From contig NC_087444.1 in NCBI RefSeq assembly GCF_036321535.1, positions 73,718,001 through 73,782,000 of the forward strand: a DNA stretch of 64,000 nucleotides, read 5' to 3'. Source of the stretch: Camelus dromedarius (taxonomy: Eukaryota). Below the pieces are notes generated by a model. The model did no database searches. It had not been told where the DNA came from and saw nothing but the letters and a program-made list of their open reading frames with translations. Below are positions 1-11,500 of this stretch, piece after piece; the first letter of the stretch is position 1; the number at the start of each line of letters is the position of its first letter. The translations under genes and the position numbers were made by a program.

Positions 1-80
1 TAAAACCCCACTCTGTGTGACATTGGGCAGGTCACTCCCCTTCTCTGATCTTTAAGTATTTCATCTGGAAAGTAAGGATG
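1..80 (+). mobile_element. MIR fragment
   Basis: tgtgtgacattgggcaggtcact...tttcatctggaaagtaagg resembles the MIR core. Confidence 0.55.
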
Positions 81-529
81 ACAAATTTGACCTGATTGGT
101 TTGGAAGACAGCAAAGTTTTGTTTGTTTGTTTGTTTGTTTTTGCCTCATGGTAACAAACATTTGTTCCCTTCCATTTCTACCTTGGATCTTTAATGTCCA
201 TCAGAGTTTATATACTTTGCGACACTAGAATTGTCAATCAGCAGCAATATTTATCAGCACACGTCACATGCCAGGTCTAGTTCATGGACAGTCTCGGTGA
301 ACGCTCATCCTCACCAGACTGTCGGTACAGGTGAGGAAACTGATGTGACAGCAGGCCAGGGGAAGTCGCTGGCTCTAGTTGCTGTAACATAATTAATCCC
401 ACTTGCACATTCCCAGTTGTAGTGGACACCATTGGTGGCCTGCCCAGATCCTCTCAGATTCCTCTTACCAGTTCTGTGCACCCAACACCCAGCTTCTGCA
501 TGCTTTATGCATTAATCATGCCTTTTTTG

Positions 530-1065
530 CATCTGTATTTCTGGCACTTTGATGTCTGGGCCTTGCTGACATTGGAGGGAACGCCCCTCCCCGGGCTAGC
601 CAGTGCCTAAAGATAATAAAGGACTCACTTTTAAACATGCCTTTCATATACGAACCAACCAACCCGGAGCCTAGACCCCCAACCACTTCCTGTATGGAGC
701 TCTTATACTTCCGGCTACTGTTCCTCTGCCTAATCACCCCAGGACCAAGTTCCAGATGACTGGGGGCAGCCCCTCCCCCACCCCAGAGCCTGCTGAAATT
801 ATTCAACTAGGCAATCCTAAACTTACCTTGGTCATCTATTCCTTCCTGAGGAAACCACAATAAGGACTCTTGCCCAAGGTTCTCCTCTTTGCCTGTACCA
901 CCTCCTGACCAACCTTGGTGCTTCCTCATATAGCCCTGTATAGCTTGGCGTGCCCCCTTCCTTTGGGATCTGTGAGAATAACAAACTATCTTTTCAATAG
1001 TAATTATCTTGTAATCTGTTGGCCTCACCATACCTGAATAGTAATAAAACCTATATTTTAAAACA
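530..1065 (+). mobile_element. ERV1 solo LTR (MER39-like)
   Basis: Ends ...ctgttggcctcaccatacctgaatagtaataaaacctatattttaaaaCA, as I recall for MER39-type LTR 3' ends. The start is approximate. Confidence 0.6.
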
Positions 1066-1174
1066 CGTTGCTGTTAACAGCTGACACTGTGACCTTGTTC
1101 CCAAGACTGCCCTGGAACTTGAGGTGCCCGGGAGTTTATGTCCTGCCCTCTTCCCATCATGATCCATGGCCCAC

Positions 1175-1699
1175 AATGACCAGGCCCCTGACATTCGTAC
1201 ATTGGTATAGTCTTCTCCCATATTCAGCCTGGGCTAGCCTGATTTGAATTAATCAATAGAATATGGTAGAAATGACATTGTGCCAGTTCCAAGCTTAGTT
1301 TTTAAGAGACTGGCAGCTTCCACTTCCTCCCCTGGGAATGCTTACTTTGGGGTGCCCTGAGCTACCATGTAAGGAGTCCAGCTACCTGTAGGAGAAAGCA
1401 CATGGGGAGGGGGAGCACTGAAACTTCATGGAGAATGAGAGCAGTTCCGATGTCCCACAGCCCAGTAGGCTCAAGCCTACTAGCCCTCCTTGCCAGACAC
1501 ATGTGAGTGCTCCATCTTGGATGTTCCAGCCCAGCTGGGTCCTAAGATGACTGCGGCTTTAGTTGACATCATATGGTAGTGAAGAACTACCTTTCTGAGC
1601 CCAGTCAACCCATAGAATTGTGAACAATCATAGACTGTTATTATTTGAAGACTCTAAATTTTCAGGTGGTTCATTATTCAGCAATAATAAACCCAAACA
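1175..1699 (+). mobile_element. MaLR LTR (MLT1-type)
   Basis: Typical MLT1 motifs: gacattgtgccagttccaagc, agatgactgc, gagcccagtcaacccatagaa, 3' end ttattcagcaataataaacccaaaca. Confidence 0.6.
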
Positions 1700-1719
1700 G
1701 TGATCTCTCTTTGCCTCAA

Positions 1720-1963
1720 AAACCCAGTTCCCTTTGCCTAAAGGTGGGAAAGACTCTGCAACTTAATTTATCCTTCAGAGCTCCCCATGGGATCAGACTG
1801 GGGTTGGACTTCACCTGAAGCCACACTCTTGCTGGTCTTCTTCCTCTTCACTGTAGTGTTTCATCTGTTCCTGTATTGGTTTCTCTTGGAGGCATGTCTT
1901 TAATAAATTATGGACACATGAATCTTGTCTCAGGGTCTCCTTCCAAGAGAATCTGAGCTCAGA
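1720..1963 (+). mobile_element. ERVL LTR remnant (LTR16/LTR33-like)
   Basis: agagctccccatgggatcagactg...ctttaataaatt...tctcagggtctccttcc 3' signature. Confidence 0.5.
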
Positions 1964-2478
1964 TATGATGCATCTGATTTTTCTCATCTCCAATCAGAAG
2001 TCAAGGGTCTGGCTCCCTATTCTCAAGGGTCTGGCTCCTTATTCTCTCTCCCCATTCTTTCTTGCCTGTCTCCTGCATCCAAAAAGCACAGACCACCTTC
2101 CAGATTCCCCAGCAACAGGCAGCCATCTAGTCGGTGGGATCGGGGGTGGGTGTGGGGGTGAAGGTGGAAACAAAAACACCCACGTGGTCTCTGAAGGAAG
2201 CAGCAAGCAGCGTGTTTGCCCTGGCCAGCAGCAAATGACACCTCCTTGCCCCCAACCACACAGCCATGGAGGGGATCAAGTGGAGGTCAGAAAGACAAAA
2301 GTCAGGAGGTTGGCATGTCAGCAGCAGTTCAGGGGCCAGGTGGGGATGAGAGTTGTCTCTGATTTGGGGTCTGCAGTGGGAGGGGCTCTGCTGGTTGTTC
2401 CAACCCTTCCCTCAGGGACTCTATCTCTCTGACCTCCCCATCCCCACCAGTTCACAGTCCCTGAAACCCCAAAATCCA

Positions 2479-5400
2479 TCACCATGGATCCTGCAGCAGG
2501 TCCCAAAGCCGGGTGCCACTTGAATCGGATAAGTCAGCAGAGAAGATGCTGGGGGCTGGAGGGCCACAGCCCAACGGGGGACCCCCACTCAGAGCTTCCA
2601 GCCAATCCAAGGAGTCCGTGGGCCCCCTGGGAGAGCGGGATGGGGAGTTCGTTGGGGACGGGAGCGAGGAAGAGAAGACAGATGAGAGGCCTTCAGAGTC
2701 CGGGGAGGGGGACAGCACATCGAAGGAGCCGGGGAAGTCCAGGGGGATGGGGGGCAGCGGGTCTGCAGGGGGAAAATGGAGTGTGAGCTTAGGAAGGCAT
2801 AGGTCCGGACCCCAGCACCCTATTTGTCCTTTCCAAGAGTCTAGGTCCCCAGCCCACTCCTCCCTAGGATTCAGGAGCCCAGATACCAAACTTCTCCTCC
2901 CTTGGACCCGGAAGTCCAGAACCTCGGCCTTCTTTCTCCCCAAATCCAGGAGGTTGCTCTTACCCTCAGGCTCCACCTGATCCTCCAGGATGTCATCGAT
3001 GCCCCGGTTCGGAAGCAACTGCGGACGAGCAGAAGCGGCGTGAACCTGGGACGCCAGCCTGATCCTGACTGAGACCTTAAGCCCGCTCCCTCTCACCTGC
3101 GCTCTGCGGATCGCTTCCTGCAGCTCCTCTTCCAGTGTCAGGGCTGCAGAAGCTGGTGCTGAGGAAAGGGTGGGCACTGGACCTGGAGCAGGAGCCGTCG
3201 TCTCAGCCGGAGCCGGAGCCGGAGCCGGAGCTGTCACAGGGGTTTCCGCGGCACGTGGAGGAGGCGGTGGGGGAGATGTTGGACTAGGCTTGAGCTAGAA
3301 CAGTGAAGAGGGCGTTCCTACAAGCCACGCCCACTGGGAAGCAACCCCACCCACTCGCAACCTATGACTCCACCCCCTGTCGCATCCCCGCCCTTCACTC
3401 GTCGACACCTCCCTTCGGCCTCGCCCTCTATTTCATTGGCTTCTCTTCCCTTAAGATCCTCCCACTTTGCTCTTAACCACGCCTCCACAAGTTATTGGCT
3501 AGTCTTTTCTCGATTTCCCGCCCCGTCCCGCTTTGTCTTCTCATTGGTCCACACGCGCATAGCCTCGCCCTCACCGAGCCCGGCCTCCGGGTGGCTCCCA
3601 AAGCCTTGGGCCTGAAGCGAGGCCAGGGAGCATTTGCGGAACTGTCCTCTCGTCGCGGCTTCTGCCGCTCACGGGGCGGGGTGCCGCTACGCATGCGCTC
3701 CAGGAGCATCGACTTGGTCCCGGACACCGGGAGGCCCCGCAGGCGCAGCTGCTGCCGGAGCTCTGAGACCTGGGATGGGAAGCGGGGAGGCCGTGCTAGG
3801 CTGGGCTCTGGGGTGCAGGCGAGGGGAGAGGTAGGGGACAGGGCTGGACGTTTGGAAACCAAGAGAGGAGGGACTGGGGACCCCGGGTCCTGGATGTCCG
3901 ATGGAATAGAGGCTGCAAGGTTAGACTTCTGGGTCCCCACTGAAGGAGAGGGCCAGCCTGGGAAGTTACTCCCCAAACTTACCGTCAACTCTTCCAGTTT
4001 GAGGGTCTGAAGTTCCAATTTGTGTGGAGGGGGCGAGGGGCTGGGGACTCCTGGTGGGGAGGGAGTGAGGGAAGTGGGCTTCATCCTGGCGATAGTTGTG
4101 AGGGGGAAACAGAGGTTAGAAGGAGAGAGAAAAGACATTATGGAGTCCCCAAAGACAAGGACTCATGAAGATGCAGGAGGGTGAGGGACCCAAATTCTGG
4201 ATCTCCGAGGGCGCAAACACAGGAGGCTAGTTCCTGTGCTCGGGAGAGGAACTGGGGGCTCAGACTCTTGGATGTGAGGTCAGGATTCCTGAGAAGTGAA
4301 GGAAGAGGGTCTGGGGATCTGGACTCTTGTGTCCTGGGAGGGGGCTGGGGGGACTGAACTTCCCAGAACAAAAACAGGGGTCATACCTAGAAAGTGGCTG
4401 CTGTGAGTTTGTCTCTTCCCACAGAGGCGGTCCAGGAGGACTCAAGACTGGTCGTTCAGCCTGGGGGTTTGCCCTGGACCCTTGTTTCGGCTCTGGGGGC
4501 ATGTACTGGTGGTATGTCAGGTTCCCCTTGGGCTTCGGCTCTCTCCAGTGTCTGGAGATCTTAGGAGAGTCCTGAAAAAGCAGGTAAGATGTCATATGCT
4601 TCTGCTGCTTTCCCACTTTCCTGCCCCCAGAACCCCATGCAAAGTATGAGGTCAGCTTGGCATTACCAGAGAGGAGTAAGAAGGGCAGCAGCAAGGAAGA
4701 CCAAGTCTAGACTCTCAGGGGGACTTCCCTGCACTCCCATTGAGACTTACCTTCTTCAGGGACCTCCAAGGGCTGTATTCCGGCTCAGGGAGAAGGACTC
4801 CAGGGCTGAAGAGGAATGGGGCAGGGCCGGAGGGTGAGGCTGGGGCTGGAGCCACAGCCGGGCCTGAGGCTGAGATCCACGGATCTGGATCCGAGACTGG
4901 AGAGGCAGCGAAGGACCCCGAGAGGCCTGCAGGCAGCAAGCCAGAGAGGGAGAAACAAAGCTGTGTGGGAAGGAGGGCCCTGGAGGCCCCAGCCCCTGTG
5001 TGCAGGAGGGCAGGCCTGGGGAGCGAAACCCAAGTGGTGGGAGCTGGGTGTCTGAATTCCTGCATCTAAGGGTGGAGGTGCTAGGGACCCAGACTTTTAC
5101 AATCTCAAGAAAGGCAGGAATCACCTCCTTGGTCACCAAGTGGTGTGGTGGCTGAGGATCACAGATTTCTGGGGTTTTACTTGGACAGGGGTGGGGCCAG
5201 CACTCCTGGTTCTTGGGAAAAGAAGCTGAAAGCCACATCCTGAGATTTGTGTGTGTGCCAAGTGTGGAGTCTGGGATGCCTGTCTTCTCCAAAGAAACAG
5301 AATCTGGATTCATGCACTTCACTGGAGTGGGAAAAGCCCAAGAGCAGGAAAAGGGGTCCTAGGGGTGGGGCGGCTGGGGACCTGTACTCCCGGTCCCGGG

Positions 5401-6800
5401 GAAGGGCAGGATGGGCTTTCAGTGTACCCTGGGGCATAGGTACTGAGGGTCTGGGACCAGAGCAGCATATCTGGTAGCTGTACTCCAGGGTGTCCCTGGG
5501 AAGTGGGGCCACCATTCCCTCCCTTTCTGGGCCCACACTTACTTGAGTCCTGATACCGTCTGTGGATCCGAAGCTGGAGGACTGTGGTGGGAGGTGGGAG
5601 GAGAAAGGCGGGAAGGGAGTGTCCAAGAGCCTGGCCTGGCAGGCGGCTGTGAGCTGCAGTTGGCGGGACATGCGTGCCCAGCCCCCTTACACACCCCGTG
5701 AAGGCGGGTGGGCGGGCAGCCTGCTCCCTTCCCGGGCCTCCTGCCTGCTCCCTGCCAGCACAGCCCCGAAGGCCAGAGCCGTTTGGGGGCTAGGAGGCAG
5801 CCAGCATGCAGGCAGGAGGCAGCCCTGCCCCCTGGCTCCACCTGCCCCCTTGACAAGCTATGCCCACCCCAGCCTCAACACAAATTGCCATCTTGGCCTT
5901 TATACCTCGCCTCCTTCCATCCATGCACCCCGCTTGGCACACGCCCACTCCCTTCTGTGCTGCCTCTGGGCCTCCCCTCCGTCACCCCTTTGCACACCCA
6001 CCTTTAAACACGCGTTTTTCTGGGCTCTCGTTTTGCACCTACACCACTTTGGTGCACTTGGACCCTTCGCCCCTCTTCGTCCTTGGCTCAAGGTCTTGGC
6101 ACATACCCAGCTACATGCACACACTTATTTGCACATTCAGGATTTGGGCCCCCAGTTCCAGAGCAAGGATCTCTCTTTGCACTTTTCTGCTCTTTGTATT
6201 CGTACACTTTTGAACACTCCTGGCTTTTGGTTCCTAGTGTCTTGGCACCCACCCAATCACGTAAGCACGCTCATTAACACACTCGAGTACCCTCTGTCGC
6301 CTCAGGACTTGACCTCCAGGTGAACTTACTGGCACACTTTCCACCTGCACTGGGACCTGAAATGCAACCTTTGACCCTTTCAAGGCTTGTGGGGACCCTT
6401 GCCCACAGTTCCATGCTGGGCACGCTTAAGTCCCCACTATGCACGTGTCAGTTTAAGCCCCCCTTCTTTTGCGGTCCGTGATCCTCAGCACACCCACCCT
6501 GAGCCGCCCACTCCCTAATGTTATGTGAGCACTTCACTAGCCATTTGCACCCTCTCTGTCCACCACAACTTGACCCCTTTGCTGGTGCCTCCATGCCCGA
6601 GTGATCTTTTGCACAGAAAATACATGCCTCCTGGGTGCCACCGCCCTCCTCCCACTCACTCCGCGGTGCACACTCCCAGAGTCAGGATATAGTCTCAGGA
6701 CAGGGAGGATCCCTGCCCTGCATGCACAGAGAAGCTTCTCACCAGATCGGAACTTGGAGCGAATGATTTGGGAGCGCTGGGAGGAAGCCGCCAGAGTCAT
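2479..6800 (-). CDS. MAMSTR: MEF2-activating motif and SAP domain-containing transcriptional regulator (420 aa, 9 coding exons)
   Basis: Exons (minus): 6743-6800, 5543-5581, 4751-4896, 4387-4571, 3983-4085, 3575-3769, 3097-3294, 2964-3018, 2479-2762. All are GT-AG and phase-consistent, total 1263 nt. N-terminus [31 protein letters not shown] domain [33 protein letters not shown]-terminus [10 protein letters not shown]. Confidence 0.96.
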
Positions 6801-8318
6801 TGCCAAGCCTGGGAGGGGGACCTGGACTTGGGGGAGAGCAGGGCCACCACAGGAGGCAGGGTCAGAGTGGAGGTCAGGAGGCGGCCCTGCAGGTGAACGC
6901 AGCAGGGAAAGGGCCTGTGGAACTTTGAGATGGGAGAGCCTTGGGCCTCTGGATCTTGGCGGGGTGGAGGGCACTGGGGGCCAAGACTCCTGGTTGTGAG
7001 AGAACAGGGGGCTGGGGACCAGGACTCCTGGGTCTGAGGGAGGAGGAGCTAAGGGGTAGGAAGGACCTGGGGTCTGGGAATCTAGGATTCTAAGAAGGCA
7101 GGCATGGGGGCCTGGATGCAGGGTCTATGAAAGGAGAGGAAGGAAAAGGGGGCGAAGGGCAGTAACTCAATATTCTTTTGAGGGGCCTAGAATCCAATAG
7201 CCTTGATCAAGAGGGGGAAGGGGACCCGACATGTCCCTGGGGAGTAGAAGGGGTTCTGTCACCTGCATTTGAGAAGGACGTTGGTGGGTGTCAGCCACCC
7301 GTGGTCTGTGGGGAAGGGACTTGGATCAGAGAGGTGACAGAAGAGTTAAGGCGGGTTCCCCTCCCACCACCCTCTCACCCCAGGGGCCTCTCACCAGGTG
7401 GGCTCCGCGCAGCTGTGCTCTGGAGTGGGTTGAGTCCAGCGGTCTAGGCTGGAGGCCGCAGGCTCCGCCCCACCAGCCTTGGATCGCCTCGGATCCCCCC
7501 CTTTTGGGGGCGTGTCTGGAGCGGTGGAGGCGGGCGGGGGAGACAGGAGCCCCCTCCTAGCACCCCGAGAAGGGGCGGGAGCACGGGATGGGAGGGCCTT
7601 TGGCGGGGCCAGCGTCGGGGTTCCCTAGCTCGCTCCTCCTCCGAGTCCTCGGGCTGCAGGGTCGGACAGGGCAGTGGTGGACAGATTGACAGAAACAGGT
7701 GCCAGGAGAGGGGCGCAGGGTGAGCAGCAGCGGCAGGTGGTCGCGCCCTAGCCCTGCAGGCAGGTGGCACCTGTCGCTTACTTTTTCCCTGACGCAGCAG
7801 CGGGAGTCGGATTCAGGAGGATGAAAAGTTCAAACTAGAGCCCCCGACTCCTAGGTCTGAGGGAGGAGGGGGCTGGGGGCACGTACTTATGGATGTGAGG
7901 GAAGAGTGATTCCAGAATAGGAACAAGAATGTTGAGGCTCATCAGTGTGTCCGACAGGCAGGAAGGTCCAGAAGGGGCTTGGGAACCCAGACTCCTGGGT
8001 CTGAGGGAAGAGACTGGACTATGGACTTTTGGGGGGGTCGAAGGGAGCGATGGCTGTTTCCCACTTGCAGGACTAAGGGCCTGATCTTTGTTAGAACAAG
8101 TCGAGTGTTCTGTCCTGATATGCGTGGGAGGCCCCAGTGTTCCTGGGTTGGATTACATGCGAGAGGGCAAGCTGAGGCCGTGGCTATAAATACCTCAGCG
8201 GACTCGGCAGGAGCCCAACGCTCCAGGCAAGGGCCCTGATGCCTTATTCCGAAGAAAATCATCATCACTCCTGCTCCCGAGTCTTAACAAGTGAGGCGTT
8301 GCCAATACCACAGATACC

Positions 8319-8324
8319 TTTATT
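8319..8324 (-). terminator. Poly(A) signal of RASIP1
   Basis: AATAAA on the minus strand ~180 nt after the stop codon. Confidence 0.75.
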
Positions 8325-8502
8325 GCTTCTGGCGCTCAAGTCCTAAACCCAACTTCCCAAGGTCCCATCCTATATTACCCGAAAACTCAAACTCCCAGCA
8401 TTCCACGCCGGGAAAAACCTACAACTCCCAGAAAGCTCTGCGCTCGGGCGGGCTCTAGTAGATGAATTTTCAAGGTTCGCGCGCTCGTTTGCTATTGGTT
8501 TT

Positions 8503-11500
8503 TCAAGGAGGCGTGGCTACAGGAGGTCCGTGGCGGTGATTGGCCGGCAGTTCCTGCTGCTCGAGATCCCAGAGGAGGCGGCGGAGCCTGCGCAGTTCAC
8601 GGTGGAGGGCGTCGTCCGTCACTGGACCCGTGAGGCAAAGGCGCGAGCTGCCCAAGGGCAGGATGAGGGGAGGATGGGAGGAGAAGCTTTCAAAGATGTC
8701 TCCTATAAAACCGAAGAACACAGAGTTAAATTCTGCAAACGGGCAGGAGGCAGTAGTGTCGAGGAGAGCCTAGGTTGCGCCACTCCCGAAAGTAGGAAAA
8801 ACGTAACCCTTTCGCAACTTCTGGAGTAGGATCCCCTCAAACGCTACTCTTGGAGTCCCCAAGCATCATGGGAGTTGTAGTTCAGACTATGAAAGGCCAT
8901 CATTGCCTGGGAAACGGGCGATGTAGTTGGGTTCTTGGGTCCGAGAGGAAGGAAGAAGGGCTGGGAAGTTCGTTTTACGGATTCCTTAGAGTGAAGGGGC
9001 CTGGAACCCGGACTTAGGTGAGGGGAGTAGTTTGTGGGGGAGGCTGGTGGCCTGAACCCCTCAGAAAAAGGAGCTGGGAACTTAAACTCTTGTATCTTGG
9101 GGGAGAATCCTATATCCTGGGATCCAGCACTTAGCACCTGGGGGAGGAGAGGGCTAGGGGTCCAGAATCCTGGATCAGAAAGAAGGAGCTGGGGCTATGG
9201 ATTCCTAGGTCCCAAGGACAGAAGAAAGCTGACAGCCCTGATGCCTCTGTCCCCATTTCTCTTCACCTGTGTCCACAGCATCTCTCTCTGCAGGGGGAGG
9301 ATCCCAAGCAGGTGGAGGACCGCGGCCAGGACCCAGCTGGTAGTGGCTGAGCAGATGGTGGAGCTGAGCAGGGGTCAGTGTGGGGTGGTCAGTTCGTAGG
9401 CTGCTCCATGAAGCCTGGTGGAAAGATGAGGTGAGAAATCTATGATCATTATGGGGCAGCTGAGAAATCTGAAATGGAAGGCCCTCCACAGAGAGTGTAG
9501 ATGTAGTGGGTAGCAGTGGTGTCTGTGTGATGTCTTCCAGGCACTGTGAGGTCTAGTTGTCACCAAAGTGATGGTGGGAAAGGGTACACTCTCAGTTTTA
9601 AAAAAGAAAAATGTGCTTTGCTTCAGAATGCATAAGGAGGTAGGAGAAGGCAAAGGTGAGGAAGAAGCAAACTGACTATTAGTTTATATTATTGTGTACA
9701 TATGTATTCGTTATTATAATAACCTACTTCACGGGGCTTAGTCAGCATTCAATGAGAAGGGCTAAACACAGTGCCTAGTGGGGAGGTTATACCTCAGTGG
9801 TAGAGTGCCTGCTTAGCGTGCATGAGGTCCGGGGTTCAATACCCAGTACTTCCATTTTTAAAAAAAAGTAAAAAAAATTTTTAATTATAAAAAATTTTTA
9901 ATTACACTAAAAAAAAACCCACACAGTGTCTGGCATATAGTTTATATACAATGAATGTTTTAGCTGTCACATTCCTTGGTCCCATACCAGACTTCCTGAA
10001 TCAGCAGGTCTGAGGGAGGGAGCTATTATTATTTATAAGTCCCACTGGGATTTACATGCAGCCAAGTTTGGACATGATGTGCCTGGCTTCCTTCCAGCTG
10101 CTAATGCATCACCTATGGTGTCTGAGCTGGGACTGTGGAGAACATGGAGTCCAAGGAGCAATCCAAGGGTGAGCTGAATACAGAGGATGGCTGAGTGGGG
10201 TTGGGGAGTCAGAGGTCAGGGTTCAGGAGTCACCTTGAGCAGGGAGGTGCGGGGCACACAGAGCAGGTTCACAGCCATGGAGAGTTTCCGGAAGAATTCA
10301 GTGGCGATGTCGCCCAGCCCAGCCCCCTGCAGCCAGTCCAAGACAAGATCCAGGTTGGTTCGGATTTGGACAGCTCGAGACCACTGATAGAAAGGTCGGC
10401 CTTGACCTGTAGGGGAAGGGAATGAGAAGCAACGGGTGTATAGGGGATCTTGCCCTCCCACCACCCAGACCTTTCCTATCCTTCAGCTTGGGATCTAGAG
10501 CTTGCTGTCCAGAGTCCCTAAATATGTACCCTGAGCCTGTGGTGTGTCTGAATTGAATAGATCTCAGTGGCTCCCATCTCTGCTTCCAGTACTTTTCCAG
10601 TCTGACCCTCACCTCGTTCCATCAGCGAGTTGAGAAGGGACGCATTGGAGAAGAAGAACAAGTAGCCGAAAGTCTGAGACACAAGGTCCGGGTGCAGCTC
10701 GCACTGGCTAGTCAGTTCCAGGGCTGCCTGGAACACGCCCAGGGTAGGTCTCAACCCCGGAGGCATGGCCCCCAGCTCTGCGCCAGGCCCCGGCAGCTCT
10801 GCCCCAGCTGTGAAAGGATTGCTATCCAGGAGAGCAGGCAGTGTTGAATATAGAGTCTGAGGAGATACAGAGATGCAAACAAGTGATCAGACTACAACTC
10901 CCTGGAAGCTTCAGGGCAGTAGAGTATGAAGATACTGGGGAGCTCCACAAAAGGCTTCTGGGAATTGTAGTCCATCTACTTTCAACACCCTAAAGGTCTC
11001 CATGAGCAAATCCCTACTTTCCAGATAGGTTTTAGCATTCATCAGGCCAGGGACACCTCAAATCTTAAGGGCTTTCCAGAAGTCTCTTGGGTATCTTAAG
11101 ACCATCTCTGATGCCTTACAGGACTTGTAGTTCTCAACAGGGAAAGCTCAAGTAGGACAAAGGACATTGAACAAAGAGGCTCCCTTCAATCAAATAATTA
11201 TTCATCCAGAATTCCCAAAGGAAAGGAAAAGAATGGAGAGTCAGGAAGTGGGAGTGGGGTGGCAGTTAGCCAGTGGAAAGTGAGATCAGGCCAAGGACAG
11301 GAAATGAGGGCAGAGCCAAAGAAGAAATAAAGCTACCCTTGGCAGGGATGTACAGGAAGTGAAGCCTTGGAGGAGAGGGCTTCACAAATCAAGGCTGATC
11401 AAGGAACATAGAGACTATCTGTCCCCAAGGATGCCCTTTCATTTTACAGATAGGGAATCAGGCCCACCAGAAACCAGAAACTAGAAACCCTGAGAGTTCC

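Noticed and set aside
2484-2980. Plus-strand ORFs opposite the MAMSTR last exon
   Set aside because: Antisense shadows of GC-rich coding sequence with no recognisable protein.
5562-6323. 253-aa plus-strand ORF in a MAMSTR intron
   Set aside because: Low-complexity CA/pyrimidine-rich intron; no domain, splice or promoter support.
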